DNA from: Macrostomum lignano
Lineage: Eukaryota
Reading direction: 5' to 3'
Assembly (NCBI GenBank): GCA_002269645.1
Contig: NIVC01000900.1
Span: forward strand, 186,001 to 250,000
DNA length: 64,000 nucleotides
A program made the position numbers and the translations under genes. A model generated the notes under the pieces. That model was not told the DNA's origin. It saw only the letters and a program-made list of their open reading frames with translations, and did not search any database. This document shows positions 1 to 13,683 of this stretch, in pieces. Within the stretch, counting starts at the first letter, position 1; every line of letters starts with the position of its first letter.

Positions 1-760
1 AAATATGTGAGATTTTCGTCTGTAAATATGTGAGATTTCCGTCTGTAAATATGTGAGATTTCCGTCTTTAAATATGTGAGATTTCTGTCTGTAAATATGT
101 GAGATTTCCTTCTGTAAATATGTGAGATTTCCTTCTGTAAATATGTGAGATTTTCGTCTGTAAATATGTGAGATTTCCTTCTGTAAATATGTGAGATTTC
201 CTTCTGTAAATATGTGAGATTTTCGTCTGTAAATATGTGAGATTTCTGTCTGTAAATATGTGAGATTTCCTTCGGTAAATATGTGAGATTTCCTTCTGTA
301 AATATGTAAGATTTTCGTCTGTAAATATGTGAGATTTCCGTCTGTAAATATGTGAGATTTCCGTCTGTAAATATGTGAGATTTCTGTTTGGAAATATGTG
401 AGATTTTCGTTTGTAAATATGTAAGATTTCCGTCTGTAAATATGTCTTGTATGAGATTTCCGCCTATAGTTTTGTGAGAGTTCCGTCTGTAGTTGTGTGA
501 GATTTCCGTCTGTAAATACGTGAGAGTTCCGTCTGTAGTTGTGTGAGATTTCCGTCTGTAAACACGTGAGAGTTCCGTCTGTAGTTGTGTGAGATTTCCG
601 TCTGTAAATACGTGAGAGTTCCGTCTGTAGTTGTGTGAGATTTCCGTCTGTAAATACGTGAGAGTTCCGTCTGTAGTTGTGTGAGATTTCCGTCTGTAGT
701 TGTGTGAGATTTCCGTCTGTAAATACGTGAGAGTTCCGTCTGTAGTTTTGTGAGATCTCT
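1..760. repeat. 23-nt minisatellite filling the intron upstream of the Irx exon
   Basis: Unit AAATATGTGAGATTTCCGTCTGT. From about 465 it alternates with a GTAGTTGTGTGAG.../GTAAATACGTGAGAGTT... variant pair. It ends about 25 nt before the splice acceptor at 785. Confidence 0.97.
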
Positions 761-785
761 GTAACCCGAACCCGCTACCCCGCAG

Positions 786-1619
786 GTTTCAACTTGGTTC
801 GCCAACGCTCGCCGGCGCCTCAAGAAGGAGAACAAGATGACTTGGGCTCCCCGCAACCGTGGCGATGATGCTCCGAGCAGCGGAGGCGGCGGCGGCGGCG
901 GCGGTTCCAGCGCGGACAACAACACCTTCGATCAAGACGACGACGACCCTGAAGACATTCCAGACGACGGAGACGATCTCGCCGAACTCGACGGCGCCCT
1001 GGCCACGCGCGGTCGCACAAACGATGGATTGAAACGACGTGCCGAACTTGAATTCAACGTAGTTGAGAAGCGGGAACGCCTGGAAGGCACACAGACGCTC
1101 CAGCAGCCTCAGCAGCCGCCAGCTGGCAGCAAGCCAAGAATTTGGTCCATTGTCGACACGGCCACCAAGGCTGAGCCACCAAAGTCGTCTTCAGCGTCTT
1201 CAAACGCGGCTAACGCAGCTGCAGCCGCTGCCGCCGCAAACGCCTGGCTCAGTGGAGCAAAGCTGAGCAGTGGGGGGATGTTTTTCCCGCCAGCGCATCT
1301 GCAGCAGCAGCAGACTGCGCCCAGCAGCTCGCTGTTTCCTGGAATGCTTCATCATCAGCAGCAGCCGCCGCCACCGCCATTTCTCCCCCCGATGCTGGGC
1401 TTTCACCAGCCGCCGCAGCCTCCGCAGTCACCGTTCCAGCATCATCATCATCATCATCAGCAGGTTAGAAGCTTCATCGACTTTGCCGCAATGACCGGCG
1501 CTTTTGCCAGGCCGCCTCAGCTGCCACTGACACCTCAGCATCCAACGCAGCTGCATCATCAGCGCCGACTGAGCCCGGGAGGCAGCCCGACCCAGCTGGC
1601 AGCTTCACCAATTATTTGA
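786..1619 (+). CDS. irx: Iroquois-class TALE homeobox protein, last coding exon (partial gene, 5' exons outside the window)
   Basis: Acceptor cccgcag|GTT at 786 gives [20 protein letters not shown] (Irx helix 3, conserved intron position). An acidic stretch, the IRO box [11 protein letters not shown] and poly-G/A/Q/H tracts follow. Stop at 1617-1619. Confidence 0.97.
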   Translation, partial: VSTWFANARRRLKKENKMTWAPRNRGDDAPSSGGGGGGGGSSADNNTFDQDDDDPEDIPDDGDDLAELDGALATRGRTNDGLKRRAELEFNVVEKRERLEGTQTLQQPQQPPAGSKPRIWSIVDTATKAEPPKSSSASSNAANAAAAAAAANAWLSGAKLSSGGMFFPPAHLQQQQTAPSSSLFPGMLHHQQQPPPPPFLPPMLGFHQPPQPPQSPFQHHHHHHQQVRSFIDFAAMTGAFARPPQLPLTPQHPTQLHHQRRLSPGGSPTQLAASPII

Positions 1620-2242
1620 AATGAAACACACCACGCAATCAAATTGATTATGAATTGAACTTCAAACAAGCGCGTACTAAAACAGTTTTAGTTACCATGG
1701 TGACTCCATGTTGGCTGGAGAGTTGTCGTTTTTTCGTACACAGATCACCGTAATCTCCTGTTTTCTCTTTCTATGAAACTCATCGCCTGTTTATGTATAA
1801 ATCTGTTCTAAATTGATTCCATATCAATTATTGCCTTATAGCATAGCATGTCTGTCTGTCTGGCTCATATTTATATCGCCTGCAAGTTTGGCCCTGTCGT
1901 CTGTTATCGCTTCTGATCTGATGTGTCCGACAGGTAATAACCGGATTTTATCTTGAATCTCTCAACTGTACATTATTTCATAAGTCTTAATTCTTCTATG
2001 AAATACTTTTATTCGTCTCATTGTAAACTCTGTTTCTATCTCAGCAGGACAAGTTGTTTTTGCTTCGTAAAAAAAGACAAGAAAATATTTGCCTGTTTGT
2101 TCAGTTTGAAATAAAAGCAATTCAAATTTGCCTTTGCCAACTTATACTGCCATTTCTTACTTTATCAAAGCAAACCCGGCATTCTGTGGCTTTTGTTTTA
2201 CTTTTTTATTCAATTTTAACTAGAGATAGAAAACAAGAAACA

Positions 2243-2410
<168 letters not shown>

Positions 2411-3196
2411 TAGATAGATGGATAGATAGATGGATAGACAGAGAGACAGACACAGATTAGATAGATGGATAGACAGAGAGACAGACACAGATTAGATAGA
2501 TGGATAGACAGAGAGACAGACACAGATTAGATAGATGGATAGACAGAGAGACAGACACAGATTAGATAGATGGATAGACAGAGAGACAGACACAGATTAG
2601 ATAGATGGATAGACAGAGAGACAGACACAGATTAGATAGATGGATAGACAGAGAGACAGACACAGATTAGATAGATGGATAGACAGAGAGACAGACACAG
2701 ATTAGATAGATGGATAGACAGAGAGACAGACACAGATTAGATAGATGGATAGACAGAGAGACAGACACAGATTAGATAGATGGATAGACAGAGAGACAGA
2801 CACAGATTAGATAGATGGATAGACAGAGAGACAGACACAGATTAGATAGATGGATAGACAGAGAGACAGACACAGATTAGATAGATGGATAGACAGAGAG
2901 ACAGACACAGATTAGATAGATGGATAGACAGAGAGACAGACACAGATTAGATAGATGGATAGACAGAGAGACAGACACAGATTAGATAGATGGATAGACA
3001 GAGATACAGACACAGATTAGATAGATGGATAGACAGAGAGACAGACACAGATTAGATAGATGGATAGACAGAGAGACACACAGATTAGATAGATGGATAG
3101 ACAGAGAGACAGACACAGATTAGATAGATGGATAGACAGAGAGACAGACACATTAGATAGATGGATAGACAGAGAGACAGACACAGATTAGATAGA
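2411..3196. repeat. 35-nt minisatellite built from GATA variants
   Basis: Unit GATAGATGGATAGACAGAGAGACAGACACAGATTA, about 22 copies. Confidence 0.97.
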
Positions 3197-3699
3197 CGGG
3201 AGCCCGCAGACTACACACCACTCAGAGCAAACGGCTCCGCAGAAAATGTTTTGCAAGACAACAATACGGAAATGAAATTCCGCACGCCAGCAGCAAATAA
3301 AACACGGATATTCCCAAAAGAAGTAGTCAGGGGCTCCTGTTCGCAGCTCTGAAGCCTCCGTCAGTCGCCGATGCGGACTGGAACCTGACACCGCATAAAA
3401 TTAGCATCTCGCACCGCTGCAATTCTGCAGATTGCATGCGATTAGATTAGCGTGTGAAGAAACTCGTTTTGAATATTTTGTTGAGTTTCCGTCGGCCATC
3501 GCTCATATTTAATACCCTGTTGCGAGCGAGTCCATTGTTAATCCCTTAGAGGGTTCGCGCAGACGGATTAATAAAACCTGCGGCTAGGATCAAAGAAATC
3601 CCAGAGTGTGGGATTTGGACACGATCGCAAATTAGCTTAAATTGTTGCCATTGCTTTTTTACAATTCTGGTCTGAACAGTAGTGCGGCTGAAAAAATGG

Positions 3700-4470
3700 A
3701 AATCTCACCCTCCTTTCGTCTCTAATTTCACCCTCTCCTGTCTCTAATCTTACCCTCCTTTCGTCTCTAATCTCATCCTACTCCTGTCTCTAATCTCACT
3801 CCTCCTGTCTCTAATCTCACCCTACTCCCGTCTCTAATCTCACTCCTCCTGTCTCTAATCTCACTCCTCCTGTCTCTAATCTCACCCTACTCCCGTCTCT
3901 AATCTCACCCTACTCCCGTCTCTAATCTCACCCTACTTCTGTCTCTAGTCTCACCCTACTTTTGTCTTTAATCTCACCTTACTTCTGTCTCTAGTCTCAC
4001 CCTACTTTTGTGTCTAATCTCACTCTATTCCCATCTCTAATCTCACCCTACTCTTGTCTCTTATATCACCCTACTCCTGTCTCTAATCTCACTCCTCCTG
4101 TCTCTAATCTCACCCTACTCCCGTCTCTAATCTCACCCTACTTCTGTCTCTAGTCTCACCCTACTTTTGTGTCTAATCTCACTCTATTCCCATCTCTAAT
4201 CTCACCCTACTCCTGGCTCTTATCTAACCCTACTCCTGTCTCTTATATCACCCTACTCCTGGCTATAGTCTCACCCTACTATCGTCTATAATCTCACCCT
4301 ACTCCAGTCTCTAATCTCAACCTCCTGAATCTAATCTTATTCTGCTCCCGTTTCAAAATTCATTATTTTCTTGTCTCTAATCGCACCTTCTTCCCGACTC
4401 TAATCTCACCTTCTCCCATCTTCATCTCGCCCTCGTGAATCTGATCTCACATCCTCGCGTCTCTAATCTC
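3700..4470. repeat. 21-23-nt degenerate minisatellite (left arm of an inverted array pair)
   Basis: Unit GTCTCTAATCTCACCCTACTCCT. Confidence 0.92.
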
Positions 4471-5199
4471 AGACAACTCCAATACCTGAATTACTCCAAT
4501 TATTTTGCGTCTCACATTCCCCCAATGGCCTTTAATTTTTAAGCAACACATTTAGCTGACACAAAATAAGCAAAAGTCAAATAAATTTTCATCTCTAATA
4601 TTTCACTGACACCTAATAAATTACCGCGTCGATTTCATTTCATTTTTTCAAGCAAATTTTACTCTCAAGTATCAACACAAAATTCCCTCTTCGGCATGCA
4701 GTCGCAATAATTTATCGTCAACATTCCCGGATAAGATGTGATGAGGAGACAATTCCCCTCTCTTTAGAATAAAACTGCTGCTGCAGAGCTACCGGCATGG
4801 TTTGGGGGGGGGGCTTATTTTTTAATCACATCAGCGCGCCAAAAACGCACACCGCCCCCCCCCCCAATAGCATGGCCAAATCAATAATTCACACCTTCAT
4901 CTGGGTAATTATCTGGGGCCTTTCACACTGCCGACTCCGGCACTGACACATCCTGAATGGAAGCAAGCCAGCGCACACCGCCCTGTGGGCACACGGGAGC
5001 GTGACAATCCGACTGGATCCCGCTCGCTAATCTGGGTCAGTCTTTTTTCCAAAAACTTCCCAACCAGATGAAGATCCCCGTTTGAGTCTGCGGTCTAATA
5101 GCAGATGATTTATAACCCAATATGGATTTTGTCTCTCTTTTCTAAGTGTTAGAGAAAGTTATTGTTGTCATATTCATTGTTTGTTTCAGGAGATAGACC

Positions 5200-5930
5200 T
5201 TAGAGGCTGGAGGGTGAGATAGAAAACACTAGAGAAATTAGCATGAGATTAGATACAGTAGAGTGAGATTTGATGCAGTAGGGTGAGATTAGATAGGGTT
5301 AGGTGAGATTAGATAGGGTTGGGCGAGATTAGATACAGTAGGGTGAGATTAGATAGGTTGGGTGAGATGCGAGTCAAAATAATGAGATAAGAGAGATTGC
5401 TGAGATTAGAGAGAGTTTAGTGAGATTAGAGATTGTATAGCGATATTAAAAACAGTAAGGTGAGATTAAAAACAGTAGAATTAGACTAGAGTAAAAAGAG
5501 TGACATTAGAAATAGTAGGGTGAGAGTAGGCAATAGTAAATGATATTAGAGAATGATAAGTGAGATTAGAGAATGGTAAGTGAGATTAGAGAATGATAAG
5601 TGAGATTAGAGAATCATAAGTGAGATTAGAGAATCATAAGTGAGATTAGAGAATCATAAGTGAGATTAGAGAATCATAAGTGAGATTAGAGAATCATAAG
5701 TGAGATTAGAGAATCATAAGTGAGATTAGAGAATCATAAGTGAGATTGGAGAATCATAAGTGAGATTAGAGAATGATAAGTGAGATTAGAGAATGATAAG
5801 TGAGATTAGAGAATGTTAAGTGAGATCAGAGAATGTTAAGTGAGATTAGAGAATGGTAAGTGAGATTAGAGAATGATAAGTGAGATTAGATAATGATAAG
5901 TGAGATTAGAGAATGGTAAGTGAGATTAGG
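5200..5930. repeat. 20-nt minisatellite (right arm, reverse complement of the 3700-4470 core)
   Basis: Unit GTGAGATTAGAGAATCATAA. Inner copies read AGTAGGGTGAGATTAGATAC. Confidence 0.92.
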
Positions 5931-6424
5931 ATGAAATTATATTTTCTTGAGGATGAGCGAGCCTCCATCCACCACTGATAAACAACCAAAACAATATTGA
6001 TAACCAAGGGAGATGCAGTGGAAGGCAGTTGACTCAGCATTTCGGATTAGCGATTTATTACAATATTCCCAATTTTTCAGACAGTGATTAAGAGACTCAG
6101 ATGAGAAAAAAATTAAAACAATGGATGACAAAACAGTTAATAAGCTGAATTCTTCCGCAGACGAGCAAATATTTTCACTCACTAATTGAAGATATCAATT
6201 ATATCTGAATCCGGGCCCCGCGCGCGGCAATTGAGCCAAGCCTGTCTATTAGTTTAATTGGCCCCGTATTGATCTCGATTGCCAGCAAATTTAGGTGTGA
6301 AAAAGCTAATTAAACACGGGAACAAAGGTTTCTAACTGGCATCGTTTGGGTTAATCAGTTTTATGGCTTCCGGCCGGGTTATGAAGCGCACAAGGGTGAT
6401 GATACTCAATGCTTTTCTTGATGA

Positions 6425-6855
6425 GCTATAGGGGGCGCCATTTCTGTGCTATAGGGGGCGCCGTTTCTGTGCTAAAGGGGGCGCCATTTCTGTGCTATAG
6501 GGGGCGCCGTTTCTGTGCTAAAGGGGGCGCCATTTCTGTGCTATAGGGGGCGCCGTTTCTGTGCTACAGGGGGCGCCGTTTTTGTGCTATAGGGGGCGCC
6601 GTTTCTGTGCTACAGGGGGCGCCGTTTCTGTGCTATAGGGGGCGCCGTTTCTGTGCTACAGGGGGCGCCGTTACTGTGCAATAGGGGGCGCCGTTTCTGT
6701 GCTATAGGGGGCGCCATTTCTGTGCTACAGGGGGCGCCGTTTCTGTGCTACAGGGGCGCCGTTTCTGTGCTACAGGGGCGCCGTTTCTGTGCTACAGGGG
6801 CGCCATTTCTGTGCTATAGGGGGCGCCATTTGTGTGCTATAGGGGGCGCCATTTT
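6425..6855. repeat. 23-nt minisatellite with GGGGCGCC core
   Basis: Unit GTGCTATAGGGGGCGCCGTTTCT. Degenerate GGCGCC copies continue to about 7010. Confidence 0.95.
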
Positions 6856-7669
6856 GAATACAATAAATTTGAGCGCTTGGTAGGCGAAGATTTTGGTTTC
6901 GAAAAACCATTTTTGAGTGTCAGGCGCTAATTACTCGTATTGTGTCAGACTCGGCGCCATTTTGAGTGTCAGACGGGGCGCCACTTTAAGTGTCAGGTGG
7001 GCGCCAATTTCGACCTCAAACTGAGACAAAACTTAACTTGCTAATCTCTATCAAGAGTGTTGAGTAGGCATTTCAATTTAGAGGCTGGCTGCATGAGAAC
7101 AACAGAAAAGCAACTGTGGAGACGCGATCTGCCGTGTCAGATTCAGCAGCTTCAAGGTGGCCGAGATTAGTGAGTGACTCAAACAGAAATGTTTGCGCAT
7201 GCCATCTCTCTCTCTCTCCTCGCTCCCTTTGAGCAGCTCAGGGCGTTACAAAAAGAAGACACACACACGAACACGAATGCAATACAAGCAGCAGGGACCT
7301 CTTGCAAAAAGGTAGGTATAAATATATGAAAACAGCCACAGCTCTCCAAGTTGTTCAACACAGCACAATGCAACCAGTACGGACTATGATAGCTTTAGAA
7401 AAGCATTCTTCTATTGTCAGGGAGGTAGGCTTTGATAATCTCTAAGGTGGGGTTCTCTTAAAGTTTATTTTTGTATAGCGAAATAACTTTGTTTTTACAA
7501 TCCTTCGGATTCGACTGAGATTGTTTGCACACGCCATGGATGCCTTGAGCGAAGAGTCTGGACTGGACTTCCAAATGAACATGCACTAAATTAATCTGAA
7601 TCTTAATATTTATGAATATTAAATATTGTTACAGTATTTCAACATTATGAGCAAATTTTGGGGAGCCTA

Positions 7670-7995
7670 GTGCTGGCGCCCCTGGTGCTGGCGCCCCTTG
7701 GTGCTGGCGCCCCTTGGTGCTGGCGCCCTGGTGTTGGCGCCCCTTGGTGCTGGCGCCCCTTGGTGCTGGCGCCCCTTGGTGCTGGCGCCCTGGTGTTGGC
7801 GCCCCTGGTGCTGGTGCCCCTTGGTGCTGTGCGCCCCTTGGTGCTGGCGTCCCTTGGTGCTGGCGTCCCTTGGTGCTGGCGCCCCTTGGTGCTGGCGTCC
7901 CTTGGTGCTGGCGCCCCTTGGTGCTGGCGTCCCTTGGTGCTGGCGCCCCTTGGTGCCGGCGCCCCTTGGTGCTGGTGCCCCTTGGTGCTGGCGCC
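7670..7995. repeat. 16-nt minisatellite with GGCGCCCC core
   Basis: Unit GGTGCTGGCGCCCCTT. Confidence 0.95.
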
Positions 7996-8859
7996 CATGG
8001 TACAGCTTCCACACCCACATGTTACAAACTTTATCCACTTGGTTCGGTAAAAGTCAGCATTTCCTCTTTACCAAATAAAATCTGAATTTGAAAAAAAACA
8101 AATTGATAAATTTCACAATACCACTGACTCCAGAATTTCTATTTCAATACTCCCCGACAGGGGTCGCATAGAGAAGCGTGGAGTGTAGAAAAGGAACATA
8201 GAAGAGAGAAGAATTATGGTATAAACGCACACAAAAGGGTGGGGACACACACACTAATGCACCGCGTTTTAGGAGGTGGAGGGAACAGCCCTCAGACAGT
8301 GAGGCGCCAGAGGGTGGCAGGCAGGCAGACCAGAGTGCTATTGGTAGCTCAAAACTCCACTATGAAATTTTTTCTCTTGACAGACTGCATGGCCAAACGG
8401 TAAATTGAGCAGAAATATTCCAATCAAATGAGAACTATAAACAGTATCTGGGGGCGGGGTGGGGTGCAGTTTGACACGCCGATTTCACACCTTGCAGAAC
8501 AGCTCTCGCCTCACTGCATCACCTTCTGGAGTCTGCCTGTCTGCCTGTCTGTAGAGACGAGTGCTAAGTTTTTAATTCCTCATAGCTAGGGGGCCGGCAT
8601 CTGGCACCGTGACACACCTTAGCGTCTCAGTGTGTGACAGCTGCGGACACGAGCGCCACGGACCAGTCTTTGACGTGTCGGAATTAATCTTATAGGGGAA
8701 ACAGATTTAATAATAACAATATGCTTGGCCTGTCTTTGAGTTTGACTGCTTGAGTAATGCAGGACAGTTTTAAAAATAAGAGTTGCAGAGGCGGTTGCCA
8801 TTTGGCTGTCACTCTGCATCTGTCTTCTATTTATTCTTCATCTGGCTTTGCTGTCCACC

Positions 8860-9930
8860 ATCCGCTCTCTACTTTCCGACCCTCTACCATCCGCTCTCCA
8901 ACAACCACTCTCTACTTTCCGCCCTTCCACCATCCGCTCTCTACTTTCCGCCCTTCCACCATCCGCTCTCCAACAACCACTCTCTACTTTCCGCCCTTCC
9001 ACCATCCGCTCTCTACTTTCCGCCCTTCCACCATCCGCTCTCCAACAACCACTCTCTACTACCCGCTATCCACCATCCGCTCTCTACTATCTGCTCACTA
9101 TACCACCCGCTCTCTACTATCTGCTCTCTATACCATCCGCTCTCTACTATCTGCTCTCTATACCATGCGCTCTCTACTATCTGCTCTCTATACCATCCGC
9201 TCTCTACTATCTGCTCTCTATACCATGCGCTCTCTACTATCTGCTCTCTATACCATCCGCTCTCTACTATCTGCTCTCTATACCATGCGCTCTCTACTAT
9301 CTGCTCTCTATACCATGCGCTCTCTACTATCTGCTCTCTATACCATCCGCTCTCTACTATCTGCTGTCTATACCATCCGCTCTCTACTATCTGCTGTCTA
9401 TACCATCCGCTCTCTACTATCTGCTCTCTATACCATCCGCTCTCTACTATCTGCTCTCTATACCATGCGCTCTCTACTATCTGCTCTCTATACCATCCGC
9501 TCTCTACTATCTGCTCTCTATACCATCCGCTCTCTACTATCTGCTGTCTATACCATCCGCTCTCTATTATCTGCTCTCTATACCATGCGCTCTCTACTAT
9601 CTGCTCTCTATACCATCCGCTCTCTACTATCTGCTCTCTATACCATCCGCTCTCTACTATCTGCTCTCTATACCATCCGCTCTCTACTATCTGCTGTCTA
9701 TACCATCCGCTCTCTATTATCTGCTCTCTATACCATGCGCTCTCTACTATCTGCTCTCTATACCATCCGCTCTCTATTATCTGCTCTCTATACCATGCGC
9801 TCTCTACTATCTGCTCTCTATACCATCCGCTCTCTATTATCTGCTCTCTATACCATGCGCTCTCTACTATCTGCTCTCTATACCATCCGCTCTCTACTAT
9901 CTGCTCTCTTTACCATCCGCTCTCCACAAT
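8860..9930. repeat. 30-nt minisatellite (two 15-nt half-units)
   Basis: Unit CTGCTCTCTATACCATCCGCTCTCTACTAT, preceded by a 29-nt variant block. It is the source of the spurious 421/417/371-aa ORFs. Confidence 0.96.
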
Positions 9931-10549
9931 CCGCTGCTCATCCAGCGGTCCATCAATTTCTGACACAACGCCAACAGGATATCCCGCGAGCTCTCCACCT
10001 CAGCCAACAATCTCAGAATTAAAATTGGAATTCTAAAACAAACATCAAAATAAAAATAACAGCCGGTTCACGGGTGCCAGACTGTCTGTCCCCCATACCT
10101 CTCCTTCCCTCTCCATCAGGAGCCTCTTCAACAAGTTTTGATTTCCAATATCACCGTCAACCCTAACCTTTTCCTCAATCGCTGTTAAGAAAACAAAGGA
10201 ACAATGCCCTGCATTGTTGAGAAGTTGAATTGACTCGACAGTAAAAAGAGCCGAGATAAAAAAATAAGAATAATTGAAAAGCCACTTGACTAGGCTTGAG
10301 TGCAACAGTCTCTTTTCTACCCAATTGTTATCAATCCATTGTGTGCTGCTCTGACGATAATAAGTCTGAGTGTTTTCCCAAACCCAATGATGTCATTCAT
10401 GACAAGTCAGTCAGTCAGGGAGTCGATCCTAGCCATAAAGTTACATCGTTAAGATAAATATTGGAATCACGGGAAAGGCAGCGGTGAGAAAATAATTTAA
10501 ATGTGCCAAAGGGTGATGATAGAATGATGGTAGGATGACCTTTATCTGC

Positions 10550-11045
10550 CATCTGCCTACTATCTAATCTACTATAAACTACCCACCATCTACCGTCAAA
10601 TCTACCCTACTTATCTACTTTCCAATTTACTCCACCATCTACCGTCAAATCTACCCCACTTATCTACCTCAAATCTACCCCACTTATCTACCTCAAATCT
10701 ACCCTACTTATCTACCTCAAATCTACCCCACTTATCTACCCTCAAATCTACCCCTCCATCTACTCTCCAATCTACCCTACCATCTACCTTAAATCTACCT
10801 CACTTATCTACCTCAAATCTACCATACTTATCTACCTCAAATCTACCCCTCCATCTACTCTCCAATCTACCCTACCATCTACCTTAAATCTACCTCACTT
10901 ATCTACCTCAAATCTACCCCACTTATCTACCTCAAATCTACCCCACTTATCTACCCTCAAATCTACCCCACTTATCTACCTCAAATCTACCCCACTTATC
11001 TACCTCAAATTTACCGCTCCATCTACTCTCAAATCTACCCCACTA
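10550..11045. repeat. 24-nt degenerate minisatellite (two ATCTACC half-units)
   Basis: Unit TATCTACCTCAAATCTACCCCACT. Confidence 0.9.
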
Positions 11046-12399
11046 TAATCTACAGTACAGTCTACTATCGACTCAACTGACAATACAATTGTGAGTTGTG
11101 AGACAGCAGTGAGGTTACACATTGATTGACAAACAGGATATCAAATAAGTAACAATAACTGACAGGCTGACAGACAGACCAATTGCCAGCTTGATCTAGC
11201 ATTATAGGATCTGGACTGACACGCGCTTAGCTAAACGCATGGGACATCATCTAGCTGTTTATTGCTGCTCAATTTGCAGTCCCGGGAATTAGCTGGGGTG
11301 GGTGCTGCTGCTTCGAGAGCTCAACTATTATAACAGCCTCCTCATACACACTTACTGACACACACACACGAAAGCTTAAAAAAAAATTGCAACCATCACA
11401 GCTAACCGTGACAATGCCAATTAATTTCAATTGCAGTCCTGGGCCCTTCCCCCACCCGCAGAGGAGAGCCTATATAGTTATAAATATAAGTTAGATGTGG
11501 GTAGGGGGTGTTAGCAGCAAGCCAGGAGCATTCCCTATAGCCTAGAATGCGACTGGGCTCTACCCCAGACAGCCTGGCGCCACGGACCCCCGCCCCAGCT
11601 CACTCAATATTGCTCTCCACTCCACTACTCTGCTCTGCTCTACCCTTTGTCAGGTGTGGATAGAGAGAAATATAAGCCGCTTGTGTGTGTGTGTGTAGTG
11701 TGCCCCCCCGCTTCTCTATTCTACACCCTTGAGTTCTTGAGTCGAGTGGATCAGTGCACACCAAACCAGCTACACTACATACACCATTCAGGCGTCAATG
11801 TGTGCACACATCAGCAGTATTTTCCTAGCACTGTGTATATATTTGACATAAATAGAGAGAAGACATGACTCTACACAGCAGCAGCAGTCCGCTGAGCTGT
11901 CTCTCGGCCCTGTAATAGTGAATGAGTAGCACAGGGGGGGGGGGACACACACGCAGAAGGGTGCTAGCGCGCGAGCGTATGTGCTCAAGTGAGGTGTTCA
12001 AGGCGTTTTCCTGCCAAAACTTTTATAACACCCACTGACGGTTTACCCTCTTTTTAACAATGCTCTCCAAGCACGTATTCTTTTGACTGACGTGACTACC
12101 AGCGCCTACACAGAGATTCTTTGCCAGCACTTCTACAATTAAACGACAGCACCCATGAGCAACACATTTTATGCTGTGTTTTTTCAAACTGAAAATGAAC
12201 CAAAAATTAAATTGACCATTTCTTTCTGTCAATTATGTAGGCAAAAGCGAGCTCTGAACTTGAACCCCCCCCCGCTGTGTTGGCTTAATTGAATTTCCTA
12301 TTTGTCAACGAGCTGAAAGAGCGACTTGAAGATGATGCACACTCTGTGTCATCGGCAGTACTGCAGGGCATGCTAGCGCCATGTCACCTTTATAGTACG

Positions 12400-12835
12400 T
12401 ATCCAGACAGACATCTAGAGACCCTAAGATCCTGACAGACATCTAGAGACCCTGAGATCCAGACAGACATCTAGAGACCCTAAGATCCTGACAGACATCT
12501 AGAGACCCTAAGATCCTGACAGACATCTAGAGACCCTGAGATCCTGACAGACATCTAGAGACCCTGAGATCCTGACAGACATCTAGAGACCCTGAGATCC
12601 TGACAGACATCTAGAGACCCTGAGATCCTGACAGACATCTAGAGACCCTGAGATCCTGACAGACATCTAGAGACCCTGAGATCCTGACAGCCATCTAGAG
12701 ACCCTGAGATCCTGACAGACATCTAGAGACCCTGAGATCCTGACAGACATCTAGAGACCCTGAGATCCTGACAGACATCTAGAGACCCTGAGATCCTGAC
12801 AGACATCTAGAGACCCTGAGATCCTGAAAGTTATC
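12400..12835. repeat. 28-nt minisatellite
   Basis: Unit ATCCTGACAGACATCTAGAGACCCTGAG. Confidence 0.96.
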
Positions 12836-13683
12836 TAGAGACCCGGACACTCATCTAGAGACCCGGACAGTCATCTAGAGACGCGGACACTCATCTAGAG
12901 ACCCGGACACTCATCTAGAGACACGGACACTCATCTAGAGACCCGGACACTCATCTAGAGACCCGGAAACTAATCTAGAGACCCGGACACTCATCTAGAG
13001 ACCTGGACACTCATCTAGAGACCCGGACACTCATCTAGAGACCCGGACACTCATCTAGAGACCCGGACACTCATCTAGAGACCCGGACACTCATCTAGAG
13101 ACCCGGACACTCATCTAGAGACCCGGAAACTCATCTAGAGACCCGGACACTCATCTAGAGACCCGGACACTCATCTAGAGACCCGGAAACTCATCTAGAG
13201 ACCCGGACACTCATCTAGAGACCCGGACAGTCATCTAGAGACTTAGACACTCATCTAGAGACCCTGACAGTCATCTAGAGACCCAGACACTCATCTAGAG
13301 ACCCGGACAGTCATCTAGAGACCCGGACAGTCATCTAGAGACACGGACACTCATCTAGAGACCCGGACACTCATCTAGAGACCCTGACAGTCATCTAGAG
13401 ACCCGGACAGTCATCTAGAGACAATGAAACTCATCTAGAGACCCTGACAGTCATCTAGAGACCCGGACAGTCATCTAGAGACAATGAAACTCATCTAGAG
13501 ACCCTGACAGTCATCTAGAGACCCGGACACTCATCTAGAGACAATGAAACTCATCTAGAGACCCTGACAGTCATCTAGAGACCCGGACAGTCATCTAGAG
13601 ACAATGAAACTCATCTAGAGACCCTGACAGTCATCTAGAGACCCGGACAGTCATCTAGAGACAATGAAACTCATCTAGAGACC
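12836..13683. repeat. 20-nt minisatellite abutting the 28-mer array
   Basis: Unit ACCCGGACACTCATCTAGAG, with an 80-nt higher-order block at the 3' end. Confidence 0.96.

Noticed and set aside
7225-7312. Possible exon (pyrimidine tract...AAG|GTAGGT)
   Set aside because: No partner exon or recognisable protein sequence found.
8757-10036. Three overlapping ORFs of 371-421 aa
   Set aside because: Translations of a 30-nt tandem array that is open in all three frames; no coding signal.
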